IMG/VR virus record: IMGVR_UViG_3300031576_000029
Location: 1 to 64,000 of that record
DNA: 64,000 nucleotides
Source: a virus
Lineage: Duplodnaviria; Heunggongvirae; Uroviricota; Caudoviricetes
Direction: 5' to 3' (one strand)
Under the pieces are notes generated by a model. That model ran no database searches, was not told the DNA's origin, and worked only from the letters and a program-made list of their open reading frames with translations. The first letter of the stretch is position 1. Each line of letters begins with the position of its first letter. This document shows, in pieces, positions 35,842-47,410 of this stretch. A program made the translations under genes and the position numbers.

Positions 35842-38800
35842 TTATTTATAAGCACGCGTGCTTAATCCAATTTCACCAGTAATCGTATGACCTAATACAG
35901 CATATTGTTCTCTAGCTATGCAATGTTCGAATTTAACAAATAAATATCGGCATCTTTGATAATTTCTAGGAATATAAGTTCTAAATGGTATTGAATTGCC
36001 TAGTCCACCAAAAAAACCACTTCCAAATGAAACATGACCAAATATTCCTTTTCCAGAACCATTAATAGTTACTGATTTAAAACTAGGAACCAGATCAGAT
36101 GCGAAACTTAATATGGCTTTTGTAAATGTTACATCTTCAAATAATATAGTAGCTTCTCTCAAATGTTTATAGCCCAACGGATCACCCATTGTATTTGCTG
36201 TATAAACAAAATTTGTTGGTATGCATCGATACATAGTGAGGCTGCCTAATACAAATGGTAATTGAAGGTCTAAAGTGATCTTTTTTGTTGCTGTATTTAT
36301 AGCTGTAATAACAGCTTCTTGAATACTAACAGTGTCATTTTCACTATAATTTGAAAAGGCAACTCCTGAATCTGCGTTTAATTTAGAAATAATTTTATTA
36401 TAACATGCTTGTATATCCCTAAAATCTCCATTAACACTAGCATATGTTCCCAAAGTTCCAGGAATAGTGACTGTCACTGGAATGGAAAATGTTGCATCAT
36501 CTATAACTGTTACTATATGTGTTCCATTAATAGATGGAGTTGAATTACTTCCTGTAATTGTTATTACTCTTCCAGTTAACAATTCATGTGATAATTTTAT
36601 TGTATGGGTGCCAGCGCCTGTAGATGTAATATCCACAGCAGATCCACCTAAAGTTAATGACACCTGAAAAGTATTAGCTGTAGCATTGATAATAAAATAT
36701 GTTGTAGCTGCAACAAGTCCACTTGGTAAAGTTCCAGTAGAAGTAAATGTAACCTTTTGTCCATTTGTATATCCGTGACCTACTATTGTGATAGTATCTG
36801 TTCCTGTATTTACATCTGCTGTACCAAAAGTATTACTTTTAATACTAATAACAGTTATTGCTACGGATGTATTACTAACTATTGTACCTGTTTTGTCCTC
36901 TATATGTCTTAAATAATCAGTATCACTAACTCCCGTATCAGCATCTAATTTTGCTGCTAATCCTAAAGAAGGACTAGAATCCGCCAACTTAAGCCGTAAA
37001 TCAGATCCACCAATGGCTTGTAAGAGAGAAAAATAATTAGTATCAATTACTCCCCCAGCACCACCATCAGTATCTAATTTTTTTAATAAGGTATTAAATT
37101 CAAAAATTGTTAATCGTTGTTCTTGTACAACTGCATCACCAATTTCCACATCAGGAAGAGTAGCAAATTGTAAAACAGATCCACTTTCTAAATAATTGCC
37201 GCTAGTTAATGTTGTTGTTATTTCTCGATCAGTATGATCCGTTCTAGCAAAATCTTTTCTTTCCTGTTCAATGACATTTAAATCACCAGCACCTAAATAT
37301 AATTTATCATCCTTTGGATTTACAACTCCACATGTTGGTGATTTTATTACTCTAGTCCATGAATTTGTAAGATTTCCATATCTATAACCTATTGTTGCAA
37401 TTGTGTCACTTACTTTTTGTACTGTATAAACAGTATAAGAATTATCAGAATCATAACCAACACCCCACGTTGCTGTTTTAAAATTTGTAAACTGCGCAGT
37501 GGCTAATTTTAATATTTCAACATCTATAGAACGACTTATAATATTTGCTCCAGCTTCACTAACCGTCATAATACCTTGAGTGGTCCATAAATAAATATTA
37601 TTATTCGCAACATCAACAGAATCTCCAGCAACTATTTTTGTGGAAGTATCAAATAATGCTAAAGAAAAAGGAGATGTTTCTCCCGATATTCGAAATAAGC
37701 CTTCTGATTTAAAAACAAATAAACTATCTCTTAATGGAAAAATTCTTACTATTGAATCTGTTTCAGAACCAACATCAAAAAAATTCAAAAGCGGAACAGC
37801 TTCTGGTTGTTGTAATTTTGAAAAGAATATTCTGTTTGGCTTTGCATCATTTGAAGAAAACTCTGTTGTATTAATATTCCTAAGAGAACCAGTAGTTCCA
37901 GCTATAGTTACATTAACAGGAATAGAAAATTTATTAGCAGGATCAGTTTGATCTAAAGTAACTGTATATATTCCATCTGCACTAGGTGTAGAATTACTTC
38001 CAGCTATAACAACTGTATCTCCATTTACTAAACCATGTGCTGCTGCTGTAATTACAGTTGGATTTGCTAATGATATAGCTGTAATAGTTTTATCTGGTGA
38101 AATATCCGGATTAAAAGAGGCGCCAGTAGTTGTATTATTTGCCATCATTACAAATGGAAATGGATTTAATGTTCTTGCTTCTAAACTAAATTTACCCGGA
38201 GTGTCTGTTGCTCCCGATAAATAAAATCCGAATGTTGCTTCTGAAGAATTTTTATTAATAATTCTTACTAAACTTCTTGCTGTTTCATCAATTGCTTCTG
38301 CTACTGAAGCATTTGTTGATAAAAGAATTTCTTTGGTAGAAGCTCTTTCGCCTTTTCCTTGTGTAATAGATAAAGAAGTATGACCGGATGTTTCTGCCGT
38401 GGCATCTGTAGTATATCCAACTTGAGTATTTGTAATAGTAAAAGTCGTTCCAGAACTTGATGTATCAAAATCTACATTTATTCTAGCTACTACATCTCTT
38501 GTTTTACTTTCTGTGATTGTAGTAGTATCTGCTGTTAAAAGATCAACACGAATTCCTGTAAATCCAGAAAATTCATCCGCTCCAGTTCCATCAAATGTTT
38601 TAAGCCATCTTCCTTGTATAGTCCCTGTTCCAGCTCCTGTAACAGCTGGTGAAACACTAATAGTGAATGTTGTTGATAGCGGTACTGTTAAAATGGTGTA
38701 TGTCAGATTAGAAGAAGTATTATCTATACTAGGAGTAGATGTACTTGCAAAAATTTTTATTTTATCACCAACTGCTAAATTGTGATCATGATGTGTTGTT

Positions 38801-40773
38801 ATTGTAATTGTTGATCCTGTTCCAATAGCAGAAAATCCTGTATTATAATAAACATAATATTTTCTTTTATCTTCAGCTGAAAAAAATTTGAAATGATCAC
38901 CATTAAGAACAGAAGAAGCATTTGCAACAGTAAATGAAAATGATTCTTTAACTCCTCTTGTAAAATCATAAGTATTATGTATAGTTGCATTACTGGTCAT
39001 TAATTTAGAAGTTCCTGATACTAAATTGGTAACTCCTAATAAAGCTAAAGATTTTCGATGTCGTGTTCTAGTATTAGCATAAAATGTAACATTTTTAAAT
39101 TTGTTAATATCAATAGCAAAAGGAGGAGGTTCATTTGAATTTAAAATTCCTTCCCCACTAATTTCATTTGTATATAAATTAGCATTTCCTGCTCTAAAAT
39201 CATCCGGAACAATATCAGTTACAATGATTTGTTTCGCAGCTAATTCTGCTGTTGTTGGAAAAGCTTCATATACTAGACGCATTTCATCACTAGGAACTAA
39301 ATCATCTATAGAAGTTGTTCCTGTTGCTATTGATTGAGACGATCTATAAATCTGTAAAAAATAATTACTATTAATATCTGGAGGAATAGTAATTTCTAAT
39401 GTAACAGTCGAAGTCTTTGTAAGATCTAATGAAGAAATAAAAGCTGAAGCTAAATATTTTGGAATAACTTTTATAGGTTCATTTTGTAGTCTATCAATAA
39501 TTCCATTTAATTGTGTAGATATATCTCTTTGTAAAGTTCTTTGAAGACGACGCAATTGATCATTAGTTGGTGGAGAACTTATAGTAGGCAAATCTGTTAC
39601 TAAAGATGCTCCTATAGTTCTATATTCACCACTTTCAATTATTCCTACAGCTGAAGATAATTCCGCTGCAATAGATACAGTTGTTGGATTTATAAAACTA
39701 ATTGATGTTGGGTCTACTGCAGTTAAAGTTTGTGGTCCATTTATTTCTTCTCCAGCAGTTGATAAAATAAAGTTTATGAGAACAATTTTATTCCCAGTTA
39801 AAGCAAAATCCTGGGGATTGCCAGAAGAAAAATGAATAGTAACTTTGTTCCCCGCTGTTACTGTAATAGCATCTCCTATTGGACTTGTATCAACTACTAA
39901 CGGTCCGTTGGCTGGCGTAGTTAAATCTGCATATACTATATCTTTATCTATTTTCATTGTTAAAGAAGTAGATGCAGTAGATGTTCCTGAAATAAATTTT
40001 AATTTATTAAATAAATCCGAAGCTGTTGCAGTTATAGCTAGTTTGTGAGTAGATACGTAATTTGCATCATCAATAAGAGAAAACCCATCAGTAGGAGCAG
40101 TCGTACCTTTCGCATGTGCTAAATCATCTAAAGCTCCAAGAATTCTCATATAATCTTGAAGCATTAATGTTAAAAGCGGATTGGCTATTTCTAATCTTTG
40201 ACTTGGAGTTCCTAGAATAAGATTATTATTAACATCTGTTATTCCCCAAATATGTCTATAAGCCACAACACTATCTTGATCAAAAAAAGAAGATTGATCT
40301 CCTAGAGTAGTAGTTAATCGACCCGTCATATCTAGAGCCTTAACACCACCTGCACTTGTAATAAAGCCTGAGTTTGTTGTTAATTGAGAAGCAGCAGAAG
40401 CTGATATTTTTTTAATACCATCATCTGAAGTGAAATAAAAATTCCCATTAGATTGAACACTTTTAATACGTGTTCCTGTTGTTACTTCAGAAAATGTTCC
40501 ACTAAAATCAGAAAAATTCCCATTACCATCATCAAATTGTAATTTATTTGAATAATGTCTTAAAATTCTATCGCGATAGACAAATAATTGTTTTGCTCTA
40601 TCGGAAGAGGACGGAAAACTTGTACCGTAGACTTTAAATCCGCGTCTAGGCTCAATAACATTATCTCTATCAATAATAACATCATTGGCTTCAAGCAGGC
40701 TTCCTTCTGGTACATCTAGAGGATTGGCAGAAAGATTCAATCCTAAAGCTTTTATAAGAACAGAAGATGGCAT
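35842..40773 (-). CDS. Very large (1643 aa) beta-rich tail/baseplate structural protein
   Basis: Single uninterrupted ORF with Thr/Ser/Asn-rich repetitive beta-type sequence. Confidence 0.5.
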   Translation of the reverse strand: MPSSVLIKALGLNLSANPLDVPEGSLLEANDVIIDRDNVIEPRRGFKVYGTSFPSSSDRAKQLFVYRDRILRHYSNKLQFDDGNGNFSDFSGTFSEVTTGTRIKSVQSNGNFYFTSDDGIKKISASAASQLTTNSGFITSAGGVKALDMTGRLTTTLGDQSSFFDQDSVVAYRHIWGITDVNNNLILGTPSQRLEIANPLLTLMLQDYMRILGALDDLAHAKGTTAPTDGFSLIDDANYVSTHKLAITATASDLFNKLKFISGTSTASTSLTMKIDKDIVYADLTTPANGPLVVDTSPIGDAITVTAGNKVTIHFSSGNPQDFALTGNKIVLINFILSTAGEEINGPQTLTAVDPTSISFINPTTVSIAAELSSAVGIIESGEYRTIGASLVTDLPTISSPPTNDQLRRLQRTLQRDISTQLNGIIDRLQNEPIKVIPKYLASAFISSLDLTKTSTVTLEITIPPDINSNYFLQIYRSSQSIATGTTSIDDLVPSDEMRLVYEAFPTTAELAAKQIIVTDIVPDDFRAGNANLYTNEISGEGILNSNEPPPFAIDINKFKNVTFYANTRTRHRKSLALLGVTNLVSGTSKLMTSNATIHNTYDFTRGVKESFSFTVANASSVLNGDHFKFFSAEDKRKYYVYYNTGFSAIGTGSTITITTHHDHNLAVGDKIKIFASTSTPSIDNTSSNLTYTILTVPLSTTFTISVSPAVTGAGTGTIQGRWLKTFDGTGADEFSGFTGIRVDLLTADTTTITESKTRDVVARINVDFDTSSSGTTFTITNTQVGYTTDATAETSGHTSLSITQGKGERASTKEILLSTNASVAEAIDETARSLVRIINKNSSEATFGFYLSGATDTPGKFSLEARTLNPFPFVMMANNTTTGASFNPDISPDKTITAISLANPTVITAAAHGLVNGDTVVIAGSNSTPSADGIYTVTLDQTDPANKFSIPVNVTIAGTTGSLRNINTTEFSSNDAKPNRIFFSKLQQPEAVPLLNFFDVGSETDSIVRIFPLRDSLFVFKSEGLFRISGETSPFSLALFDTSTKIVAGDSVDVANNNIYLWTTQGIMTVSEAGANIISRSIDVEILKLATAQFTNFKTATWGVGYDSDNSYTVYTVQKVSDTIATIGYRYGNLTNSWTRVIKSPTCGVVNPKDDKLYLGAGDLNVIEQERKDFARTDHTDREITTTLTSGNYLESGSVLQFATLPDVEIGDAVVQEQRLTIFEFNTLLKKLDTDGGAGGVIDTNYFSLLQAIGGSDLRLKLADSSPSLGLAAKLDADTGVSDTDYLRHIEDKTGTIVSNTSVAITVISIKSNTFGTADVNTGTDTITIVGHGYTNGQKVTFTSTGTLPSGLVAATTYFIINATANTFQVSLTLGGSAVDITSTGAGTHTIKLSHELLTGRVITITGSNSTPSINGTHIVTVIDDATFSIPVTVTIPGTLGTYASVNGDFRDIQACYNKIISKLNADSGVAFSNYSENDTVSIQEAVITAINTATKKITLDLQLPFVLGSLTMYRCIPTNFVYTANTMGDPLGYKHLREATILFEDVTFTKAILSFASDLVPSFKSVTINGSGKGIFGHVSFGSGFFGGLGNSIPFRTYIPRNYQRCRYLFVKFEHCIAREQYAVLGHTITGEIGLSTRAYK

Positions 40774-40776
40774 TAA

Positions 40777-41991
40777 TTAGAGTCTCCTTCTAAATCCCAT
40801 TCTTACATATTTCAATAATGAATGTCTTCCAGTAACTTTTATAGGACTTCCTTCCACTCTACTATCTAATAATTGGCCCTGTGCTTGATTTAATTCTTGT
40901 AATTTTGCAGAAATAGTTTGTAATCCTGATTGATCACCCAAAGCGGCTAAGATTCTCCATGCTGTTCTTTCGGCTAAGCCATTATGTAAATCTGGAGGTA
41001 AATAAGGAATTATTGATTCATGTTCTAAACAAATATAATCACCAACAATCAATTCGGTTGGAATATCTGCCTCAGTAAAAGTAATTGTTGTACTTGATAT
41101 ACCTGTTGAAGGTATAGTTTTTGATAAACCAAGAGTACGATGACCTGGCTTGGTTTGGAGAAAATCTATAATAGAACCATTTACGATATTAGAAGGAATA
41201 CTAGAAAAATTAATTTTTAAAGAAGAAATAGTTAAATTAGTTGAATCACTACTGGAAATACTCAAATTGCGATTTGAAAATACTAAAGTAACCACTGCCG
41301 CTGAAGAACTTGCAGATGAAATTATTCCACTTGCATTTATTGTTGTTGCTAAATTAGAAGCAGTTGCAGTGGGAGTTCCGCCAATTAGAAATTGATTTCC
41401 TGTTGGACCAACACTTACCGCAGTAAATACAGTACTATTAATGATGACAGTACTTCCAGCGGTTACTGTTCCTACTGTTATTGTTTTGCCAAATGATGCT
41501 ATAATAGCAGCCCTATCATTTTTGACAAGGAGATTTGGGCGTAAGAAAAAACTAAATACTAAACTACCAGTTGGAGTGGAAGTTAGAGACGGAGTAAGAA
41601 CAACTTCATTTCCTTCTACAAAATATTTATGAATAGATTGATTAGAACCAATATTTCTTTGATAAAAAGCTTTATCATCAGCACTTACTTTTGTCATGTC
41701 AGAAAGATTACCTTCTTGATCTGACCAAAATAAATCTCTCAAACGCATACCAATAGCTCGATCGGGAATTGGATATCGTGTTTTATTAATTTCTAAGGTT
41801 ACTGAAGATGAGGTAACAAAGTATTCTTCATGATACTGTAGAACAGAAGGAACTTGCGTGCTGAATAATTCTTCATTTGCTAAAGCAAGAATTTCTTCAT
41901 CAGTAAATGTACTTTGACTGACCGGAAAAGATATTCTACGTTTAACTGATTCTAATAGATCATTGGAAGTGAGCCAGGGCGTTGAAGCCAT
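40777..41991 (-). CDS. Tail structural protein
   Basis: 404 aa. Lies adjacent to the giant tail gene. Confidence 0.4.
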   Translation of the reverse strand: MASTPWLTSNDLLESVKRRISFPVSQSTFTDEEILALANEELFSTQVPSVLQYHEEYFVTSSSVTLEINKTRYPIPDRAIGMRLRDLFWSDQEGNLSDMTKVSADDKAFYQRNIGSNQSIHKYFVEGNEVVLTPSLTSTPTGSLVFSFFLRPNLLVKNDRAAIIASFGKTITVGTVTAGSTVIINSTVFTAVSVGPTGNQFLIGGTPTATASNLATTINASGIISSASSSAAVVTLVFSNRNLSISSSDSTNLTISSLKINFSSIPSNIVNGSIIDFLQTKPGHRTLGLSKTIPSTGISSTTITFTEADIPTELIVGDYICLEHESIIPYLPPDLHNGLAERTAWRILAALGDQSGLQTISAKLQELNQAQGQLLDSRVEGSPIKVTGRHSLLKYVRMGFRRRL

Positions 41992-42027
41992 ATTCTACTC
42001 TATTTTCTTTAAGATTCTATTAAAATC

Positions 42028-42444
42028 TTAATATTCAGATTCTTTTGACTCTGAGTTTTCTTCGTTTTTTTCTCTTCCAGCTAAAATATTTTTTATATAT
42101 TCAATTGTTTCTTTTAGATCATCAGAAGACATTTTTTGATAACCTTCCCATTCTACTTCTCTGGAGCCTTCCTCTTCGCCTTCAGCCATTGGTTCTGCCA
42201 TAGCTTCAGGTGATTCCACTATTTCTTCTGCTTTCTCTAATCCAGCTTTTAGACCTTCAGAACTAGGAGAAGCAACAGTAACTTTTTTAAGGCCCTTTAT
42301 TCCTCTTCCTAATTCATCTGAAGCATCTTTTTTAAGATGCTTAAGAACACTCATTTTGGCTTCTTTTTCAAGATCAGACATCTCAGAGGATGCGCCCTTC
42401 TTTTTAGCCATCATTCTAGCCATTTTCTCCAACATGTCTTTCAT
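42028..42444 (-). CDS. Acidic hypothetical protein
   Basis: 138 aa. Confidence 0.35.
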   Translation of the reverse strand: MKDMLEKMARMMAKKKGASSEMSDLEKEAKMSVLKHLKKDASDELGRGIKGLKKVTVASPSSEGLKAGLEKAEEIVESPEAMAEPMAEGEEEGSREVEWEGYQKMSSDDLKETIEYIKNILAGREKNEENSESKESEY

Positions 42445-42465
42445 GTTATATTTCTCCTTTAAAAT

Positions 42466-42687
42466 TTATACTATACCTTCAGAAGATTTAATTGTAGTCG
42501 CCACATTTTGTAATGCGGTTTTTAAAGCAGCCGTATCTCCTGCAGAAAATGTGTGACTATAAGATTTTTCTTTACATAAATCAGTATCAGTACTTTCTTT
42601 AGATACTGCACTTATAGACTGTGAAAAAGTAAGCCCACCATCATCGCTATATAATGCCACAATCATACGACCTAAATTTTTTGCCAT
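42466..42687 (-). CDS. Hypothetical protein
   Basis: 73 aa. Confidence 0.3.
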   Translation of the reverse strand: MAKNLGRMIVALYSDDGGLTFSQSISAVSKESTDTDLCKEKSYSHTFSAGDTAALKTALQNVATTIKSSEGIV

Positions 42688-42751
42688 TGCTTATCTCCTT
42701 TGTTATAATAAAAATATTTAATGCGCGTCATATTATCAATCACAAATCATA

Positions 42752-44338
42752 TTATATCGAAGTAATTGCTTCCCAAGCAGTTCCACTATAAACATTTAAT
42801 TTACTCGTTGTCGTGTTAAAAATAAGAAGTCCCGCAGCAGGCGTTCCAATTGCATCGCGCTGAGCGATAGTCATTCTTGGTGGTAAAAATCCTTGTGTAG
42901 TTGAATCTGCTTGAATGATAGCGCTGGCATTATTTGCTGCTCCAACAGCAACTCCTAATGAACTTTTAATATAAACATTATTTGGTCTACTATTTGTTGG
43001 CTTTCCAATATTTCCAGTTTCATCGATCCAATGTAAATCTTTAGCTCCAAAAATTCTAAGATCAGACTGTTCAATATCAATAGTTCCACCAGAAGATGCA
43101 TTTATAGTAAATCTTCTAGTGCCACTTGTATGAAACTTCCAGTTATGTGTATTCTTCTCCACTTGTAGAAAATCACTAAATGTACCTGGTGCACTAAATT
43201 CTATCTCACCTACACTGTTGCCATTAATTGCAAGTGTATTTCTAAAAAGTGTATTATTTCCTATAACTAATACTTTTACATTTGAAAGATCTTGATTTCC
43301 CCAGTTTATGGCAGCAGTAGGACTATTTCCACCATCTGTCCTTAATCGAAGAGCAATTTGAGCATCTTGAGCTGAATTTTGAAAATCTACATAAGTTTTA
43401 TCTGCTTTTAATGAAATAGTAGCATCTTGACTTGCGTTTTGTGAATCAACATAAGTTTTATCTGCTTTTAATGCATCTTGAGAATCTACATAGGTTTTAT
43501 ATGCTTTTAAAGCTATTTCTGCATCTTGTAAAGAATTTTGTGAATCTACATAAGTTTTATCGGCTTTTAGAGCTATTGTTGAATCTTGTGCTGAATTTTG
43601 TGAATCTACGTAAGTTTTATCGGCTTTTGATGCAATAGTAATATCTTGACTGGCATTTTGTGAATCTACGTAAGTTTTATCAGCTTTTAAATCTAATTGT
43701 GATTTATTAACAGCATCACCAGCAACAAGACCATTACCCAAATTAAGTAAACGAAATCCTGCCCATGAAATATCAGTTATTGGAGGATTTGTATTATTTT
43801 TGCGAATAGCATTTGGATCTGCTGCCATAGAAACACTAGCAATGGCAGTATCTAATTGTCCCTTATTAACAGCATCTGAAGCGAGAGTAGCATTTGCTAA
43901 ATCTATTAATTTAAAATTATTCCAACTAATATTAGTACTAGGAGGTTGAGAATTATCTCTATGAATAGCTACAATATCAGAAGCGCCTTGAAGAATATTA
44001 TCCCATGTATTGGATTCAGATCTAAATGCAAAAATTTTATCTCTATGAATTGTTCCTTCACGAATGTATAAAATTTCCCCATCTGATGGATCACCGTGAG
44101 CTTCTTGTTTAACAGCATCATATCCATCTCGTTCTAATACCCAATTAACACTAACTCCGATATTATTAGGTTTATATATTCTATTATTCTTTAGAGGATC
44201 TGATAGACTTGTAAAAAGAATTCTGTCAAGATTTTGTACAACTACACTATCAACAACAACTGAACTTGCCCCAGAAGGAAGAACTGTTGATGCTGAATCC
44301 ATCATTCTAGCTGGATTACGCCATGCTAATTGCGACAT
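42752..44338 (-). CDS. Tail fibre protein with 20-aa tandem repeats
   Basis: 5.5 copies of KADKTYVDSQNxxQDxxIxL. The C-terminal NRPNNVYVKSS module is shared with the next fibre gene. Confidence 0.55.
   Translation of the reverse strand: MSQLAWRNPARMMDSASTVLPSGASSVVVDSVVVQNLDRILFTSLSDPLKNNRIYKPNNIGVSVNWVLERDGYDAVKQEAHGDPSDGEILYIREGTIHRDKIFAFRSESNTWDNILQGASDIVAIHRDNSQPPSTNISWNNFKLIDLANATLASDAVNKGQLDTAIASVSMAADPNAIRKNNTNPPITDISWAGFRLLNLGNGLVAGDAVNKSQLDLKADKTYVDSQNASQDITIASKADKTYVDSQNSAQDSTIALKADKTYVDSQNSLQDAEIALKAYKTYVDSQDALKADKTYVDSQNASQDATISLKADKTYVDFQNSAQDAQIALRLRTDGGNSPTAAINWGNQDLSNVKVLVIGNNTLFRNTLAINGNSVGEIEFSAPGTFSDFLQVEKNTHNWKFHTSGTRRFTINASSGGTIDIEQSDLRIFGAKDLHWIDETGNIGKPTNSRPNNVYIKSSLGVAVGAANNASAIIQADSTTQGFLPPRMTIAQRDAIGTPAAGLLIFNTTTSKLNVYSGTAWEAITSI
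43375..43705. repeat. About 5.5 tandem copies of a 60-bp unit inside the fibre gene
   Basis: Repeated ...taagttttatcNgcttttaaNgc... blocks are visible in the nucleotide sequence and in the translation. Confidence 0.7.
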
Positions 44339-44377
44339 TAATTATCTCCTTAATTATATAAAAAATTCAATCTATAC

Positions 44378-44388
44378 ATAGTTGTTAA
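44378..44388 (-). promoter_or_regulatory. Late motif copy 2
   Basis: Upstream of fibre gene 42752..44338. Extended match TTAACAACTATGTA. Confidence 0.35.
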
Positions 44389-44465
44389 ATTGTATATTAT
44401 AGAATATTTTTGAACTTTTGTGTTGATTTCCCAAAGAATTCTAATAAGTTACTAAAATACCCTTT

Positions 44466-47351
44466 TTATGCAGGTTCAACTAACATCCAGGTAATAATAC
44501 CATCATCTGTGGCAGCAGAAGAAGTAATAGTAAAAGATACTCCAGCACTAAGTGTATATGATAAATGCCCTGCTAATGTTCCTAAAGTTCTTCGTGATAA
44601 GAAAATTCTAGTAGTCGCAGTCACAGAAGTATTAGCTACTGTTACTGTTCCTGCTACTAGAGTTGCTTCTCCCATTCGAGCATTAACACCTTCTTTAATT
44701 CTAAGCCCTTTGCCCGCAACTTCAGTTCTAAGATCTCCGCTTGCTTTAACATCATTTCCAGTTGAAAGATTTGTTTTTACGAAAACATTATTTGGACGAT
44801 TTGTAGCAGTATTACCAATATCACCATCTTCACCGGGCCATTTTAAATTAAATGCTTCTCGTATTCTTAAATCTCCGTTTCGAATATCAACAGCATTTGC
44901 TCCAGAATCTAATGCTAATCTTTTTGTACCATTTACGTACATACTGATAACATGAGAACCGCTATCACCTTCAAGAAAATCTGTATCTAATGCAGATCCA
45001 AAATCTAATTTTGCAGTAGCAGATGCATGTATTTGAATACGTGATGCAGAAGTTCCATCACCAACTCTGAGCTTAGTTTTAATATAAGCATTGGCAGGAC
45101 GAAGGAAAGTAGATCCTCCATCAGCACTACCAAGGTCAAAACTACCATCAGTACCAGCAAGAAAATGACCAGCAGAATTGATTTTCCAACGAAGATTTGC
45201 TCCATCAGTATTAAAGAAAAGTCCATTTGCGGTTGCTGCCTGAAGAGTTACAGCACCTGATCCAGATAGTGTATCAGTAGTAAGAGTTGTCGAACTACCA
45301 ACTATAACTGATGTACCAAAATATCCTGTACGCGGTCTTGTTGCACCAGATGCTCCAATATCTTTTACATTATCTGTTGAAAATAATAAATGACTACTAT
45401 CAATAAATACATCACCATCTGAAGCATTAGATGTACCTCTAAGAATTAAATCATCACCAGCTCCCGATCCGCCGCGTAAATTTTGACCTCCGGAACGACC
45501 TGCTAAAAACGCATATTGAGTATGTACATCTCCTGTAGAAAGATTGGCAAGAGTATTATGATCAACATTTGGTTCATCTACTCCAATACCAGCAGCTGTT
45601 CTTACAATACCAGTGTCAACTTTTACTTGAAGTGAACCTGTACTGAATTCCAATCCAGGAGTGGCTGAAAGAGAAACAGCAACACTATCAGCAAGAACCG
45701 AGATACCATCACCAGCTCCAACATCAAGAGTATTGCCTGTTTTAGTTAAACCAGCACCAGCAGTAATTTGACCAGCGCCTGAGAATTGTACAAATGAAAG
45801 TCCAGTTGTATCTACTGTAATTGGATCATTTGTAGTTAATACCCAACCACTATCAGAATTTACTGTACCTCTTTCAACAAAAGTGAACATTCCTGCTGTA
45901 ACTTCGGCATTTTGATCAACATCAGTAGAACGAGTTAATACATAAGGTGCAATTCCAGAACCTGTAGCAGTAACATCATAAATACCATTATTAGCACTAG
46001 ATACTTCATCTTTTACTAAAATTCTATCATTGACAACAACAGCAATACTATCTACCGATAATGCACCATTAGCATTGGCCGTTAAAGTTTTACCTACACC
46101 TGAACCAGCTGCGGTATTTGCAGAAAGAGCAGCAGCAGTTGCCATATCTACTGACTTTTTAATATCTAATCCACTTGCAGTAGCATCTACATATGCTTTA
46201 GTAGCCGCATCTTGAGCACTTACTGGATCAGCAAGACCAGTAATGCTTCCAGAACCCATAGTAATAGTTGATCCTGTAATAGTAATTGTACTACCAACTA
46301 CAACAGAAGTTTTTACATAAACATTATTAGGACGATTTGCAGCAACATCCCCAATATCTCCATTTTCACTAGGCCAGTGTAAATCAAATCCCTCAACTAT
46401 TCGTAAGGGAGAATTTCTAATATCAACAGAACCATTTCCATTATCTAATGCTAATCGTCTGGTGCCATTAATATAAATATTCATATTATGAGCACCATGA
46501 TCAACTTCAATAAAATCAGTATCTACTGCACTTCCAAATTCTACTTTACCAGTAACCGCCCCATGAACTCGAATACGTGAACCTGAAGTTCCATCTCCAA
46601 CTTTTAAAAGTGTTTTAATAAAGGCATTAAGAGGACGTAATAAAGTTGTACCCCCATCTGAACTACCAATATCAAAGCTACCATCCGTCCCTGCTAAAAA
46701 ATGGCCAGAAGAATCGATTTTCCAACGAAGATTTGCTCCAGCTGTGTTAAATCGAAGCTCACTAGCTGCAGCTGACTGAAATATAAGATGCCCAGAACTA
46801 GATAATGTATCTGTAGTAAGAGTAGTAGAGCTACCAACTATAACTGAAGTACCAAAGTAACCTGTTTTAAATCTATTTGTTGCTGTAATACCAAGATCAT
46901 ATGTATTATCAGCAAAAGGAACTATATGACCAGAAGCATTTATACGAAAACGTTCAACACCTCCAGTAGTAAATCCAAGTGCATCTGTTGTGGCTCTAAA
47001 TATTCCTGTATTAGAGTCAATAAAAAAAGTAAGTGAGGGGGCTGCTGCTGTACCAACACTGGCTCTAAGTACACCAGTCATAAAGTTGGTGCCATCTGTT
47101 CTTAAATATGTAGAATCACCTGAACTGGTATTTAAAAGTTTAAGCCAATTTGTGGTTGCCCCACTGTCTTGTTTAATATAAGCTTCACCAGAAACTGTGG
47201 CATCTAGTAACAATAATGAACTTATAGGTGCATCAGTTGGTGTTACAGTAGGATCTACTGTTTCAGGAAGTATATACGCTTTATCTGATAAATTAAGTCT
47301 TTGTTTTAACGATTTGGCAAAATTTCCAGCCCATAAAAACGGTCCAGCCAT
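44466..47351 (-). CDS. Tail fibre protein with an internal duplication of about 300 aa
   Basis: Two copies of a module TGYFGTSVIVGSSTTLTTDTLS...NLRWKI...FLAGTDGSFD...NRPNNV(Y/F)VKT. Confidence 0.55.
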   Translation of the reverse strand: MAGPFLWAGNFAKSLKQRLNLSDKAYILPETVDPTVTPTDAPISSLLLLDATVSGEAYIKQDSGATTNWLKLLNTSSGDSTYLRTDGTNFMTGVLRASVGTAAAPSLTFFIDSNTGIFRATTDALGFTTGGVERFRINASGHIVPFADNTYDLGITATNRFKTGYFGTSVIVGSSTTLTTDTLSSSGHLIFQSAAASELRFNTAGANLRWKIDSSGHFLAGTDGSFDIGSSDGGTTLLRPLNAFIKTLLKVGDGTSGSRIRVHGAVTGKVEFGSAVDTDFIEVDHGAHNMNIYINGTRRLALDNGNGSVDIRNSPLRIVEGFDLHWPSENGDIGDVAANRPNNVYVKTSVVVGSTITITGSTITMGSGSITGLADPVSAQDAATKAYVDATASGLDIKKSVDMATAAALSANTAAGSGVGKTLTANANGALSVDSIAVVVNDRILVKDEVSSANNGIYDVTATGSGIAPYVLTRSTDVDQNAEVTAGMFTFVERGTVNSDSGWVLTTNDPITVDTTGLSFVQFSGAGQITAGAGLTKTGNTLDVGAGDGISVLADSVAVSLSATPGLEFSTGSLQVKVDTGIVRTAAGIGVDEPNVDHNTLANLSTGDVHTQYAFLAGRSGGQNLRGGSGAGDDLILRGTSNASDGDVFIDSSHLLFSTDNVKDIGASGATRPRTGYFGTSVIVGSSTTLTTDTLSGSGAVTLQAATANGLFFNTDGANLRWKINSAGHFLAGTDGSFDLGSADGGSTFLRPANAYIKTKLRVGDGTSASRIQIHASATAKLDFGSALDTDFLEGDSGSHVISMYVNGTKRLALDSGANAVDIRNGDLRIREAFNLKWPGEDGDIGNTATNRPNNVFVKTNLSTGNDVKASGDLRTEVAGKGLRIKEGVNARMGEATLVAGTVTVANTSVTATTRIFLSRRTLGTLAGHLSYTLSAGVSFTITSSAATDDGIITWMLVEPA

Positions 47352-47410
47352 TGTTTACTCCAATTAAGTATTCATTCTAAAATGAATAGTGTATAGTAAT
47401 ATACAGTTAA

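Noticed and set aside
30237-46215. Numerous 60-100-aa plus-strand ORFs inside the minus-strand structural genes (for example 30237..30515, 36467..36667, 41150..41395, 44410..44955)
   Set aside because: All are embedded antisense in long, well-supported late genes and are typical shadow ORFs.
42752-47351. Diversity-generating retroelement as the source of fibre variability
   Set aside because: No reverse-transcriptase ORF and no template/variable repeat pair with adenine-specific differences were seen. The repeats are in-frame tandem duplications.
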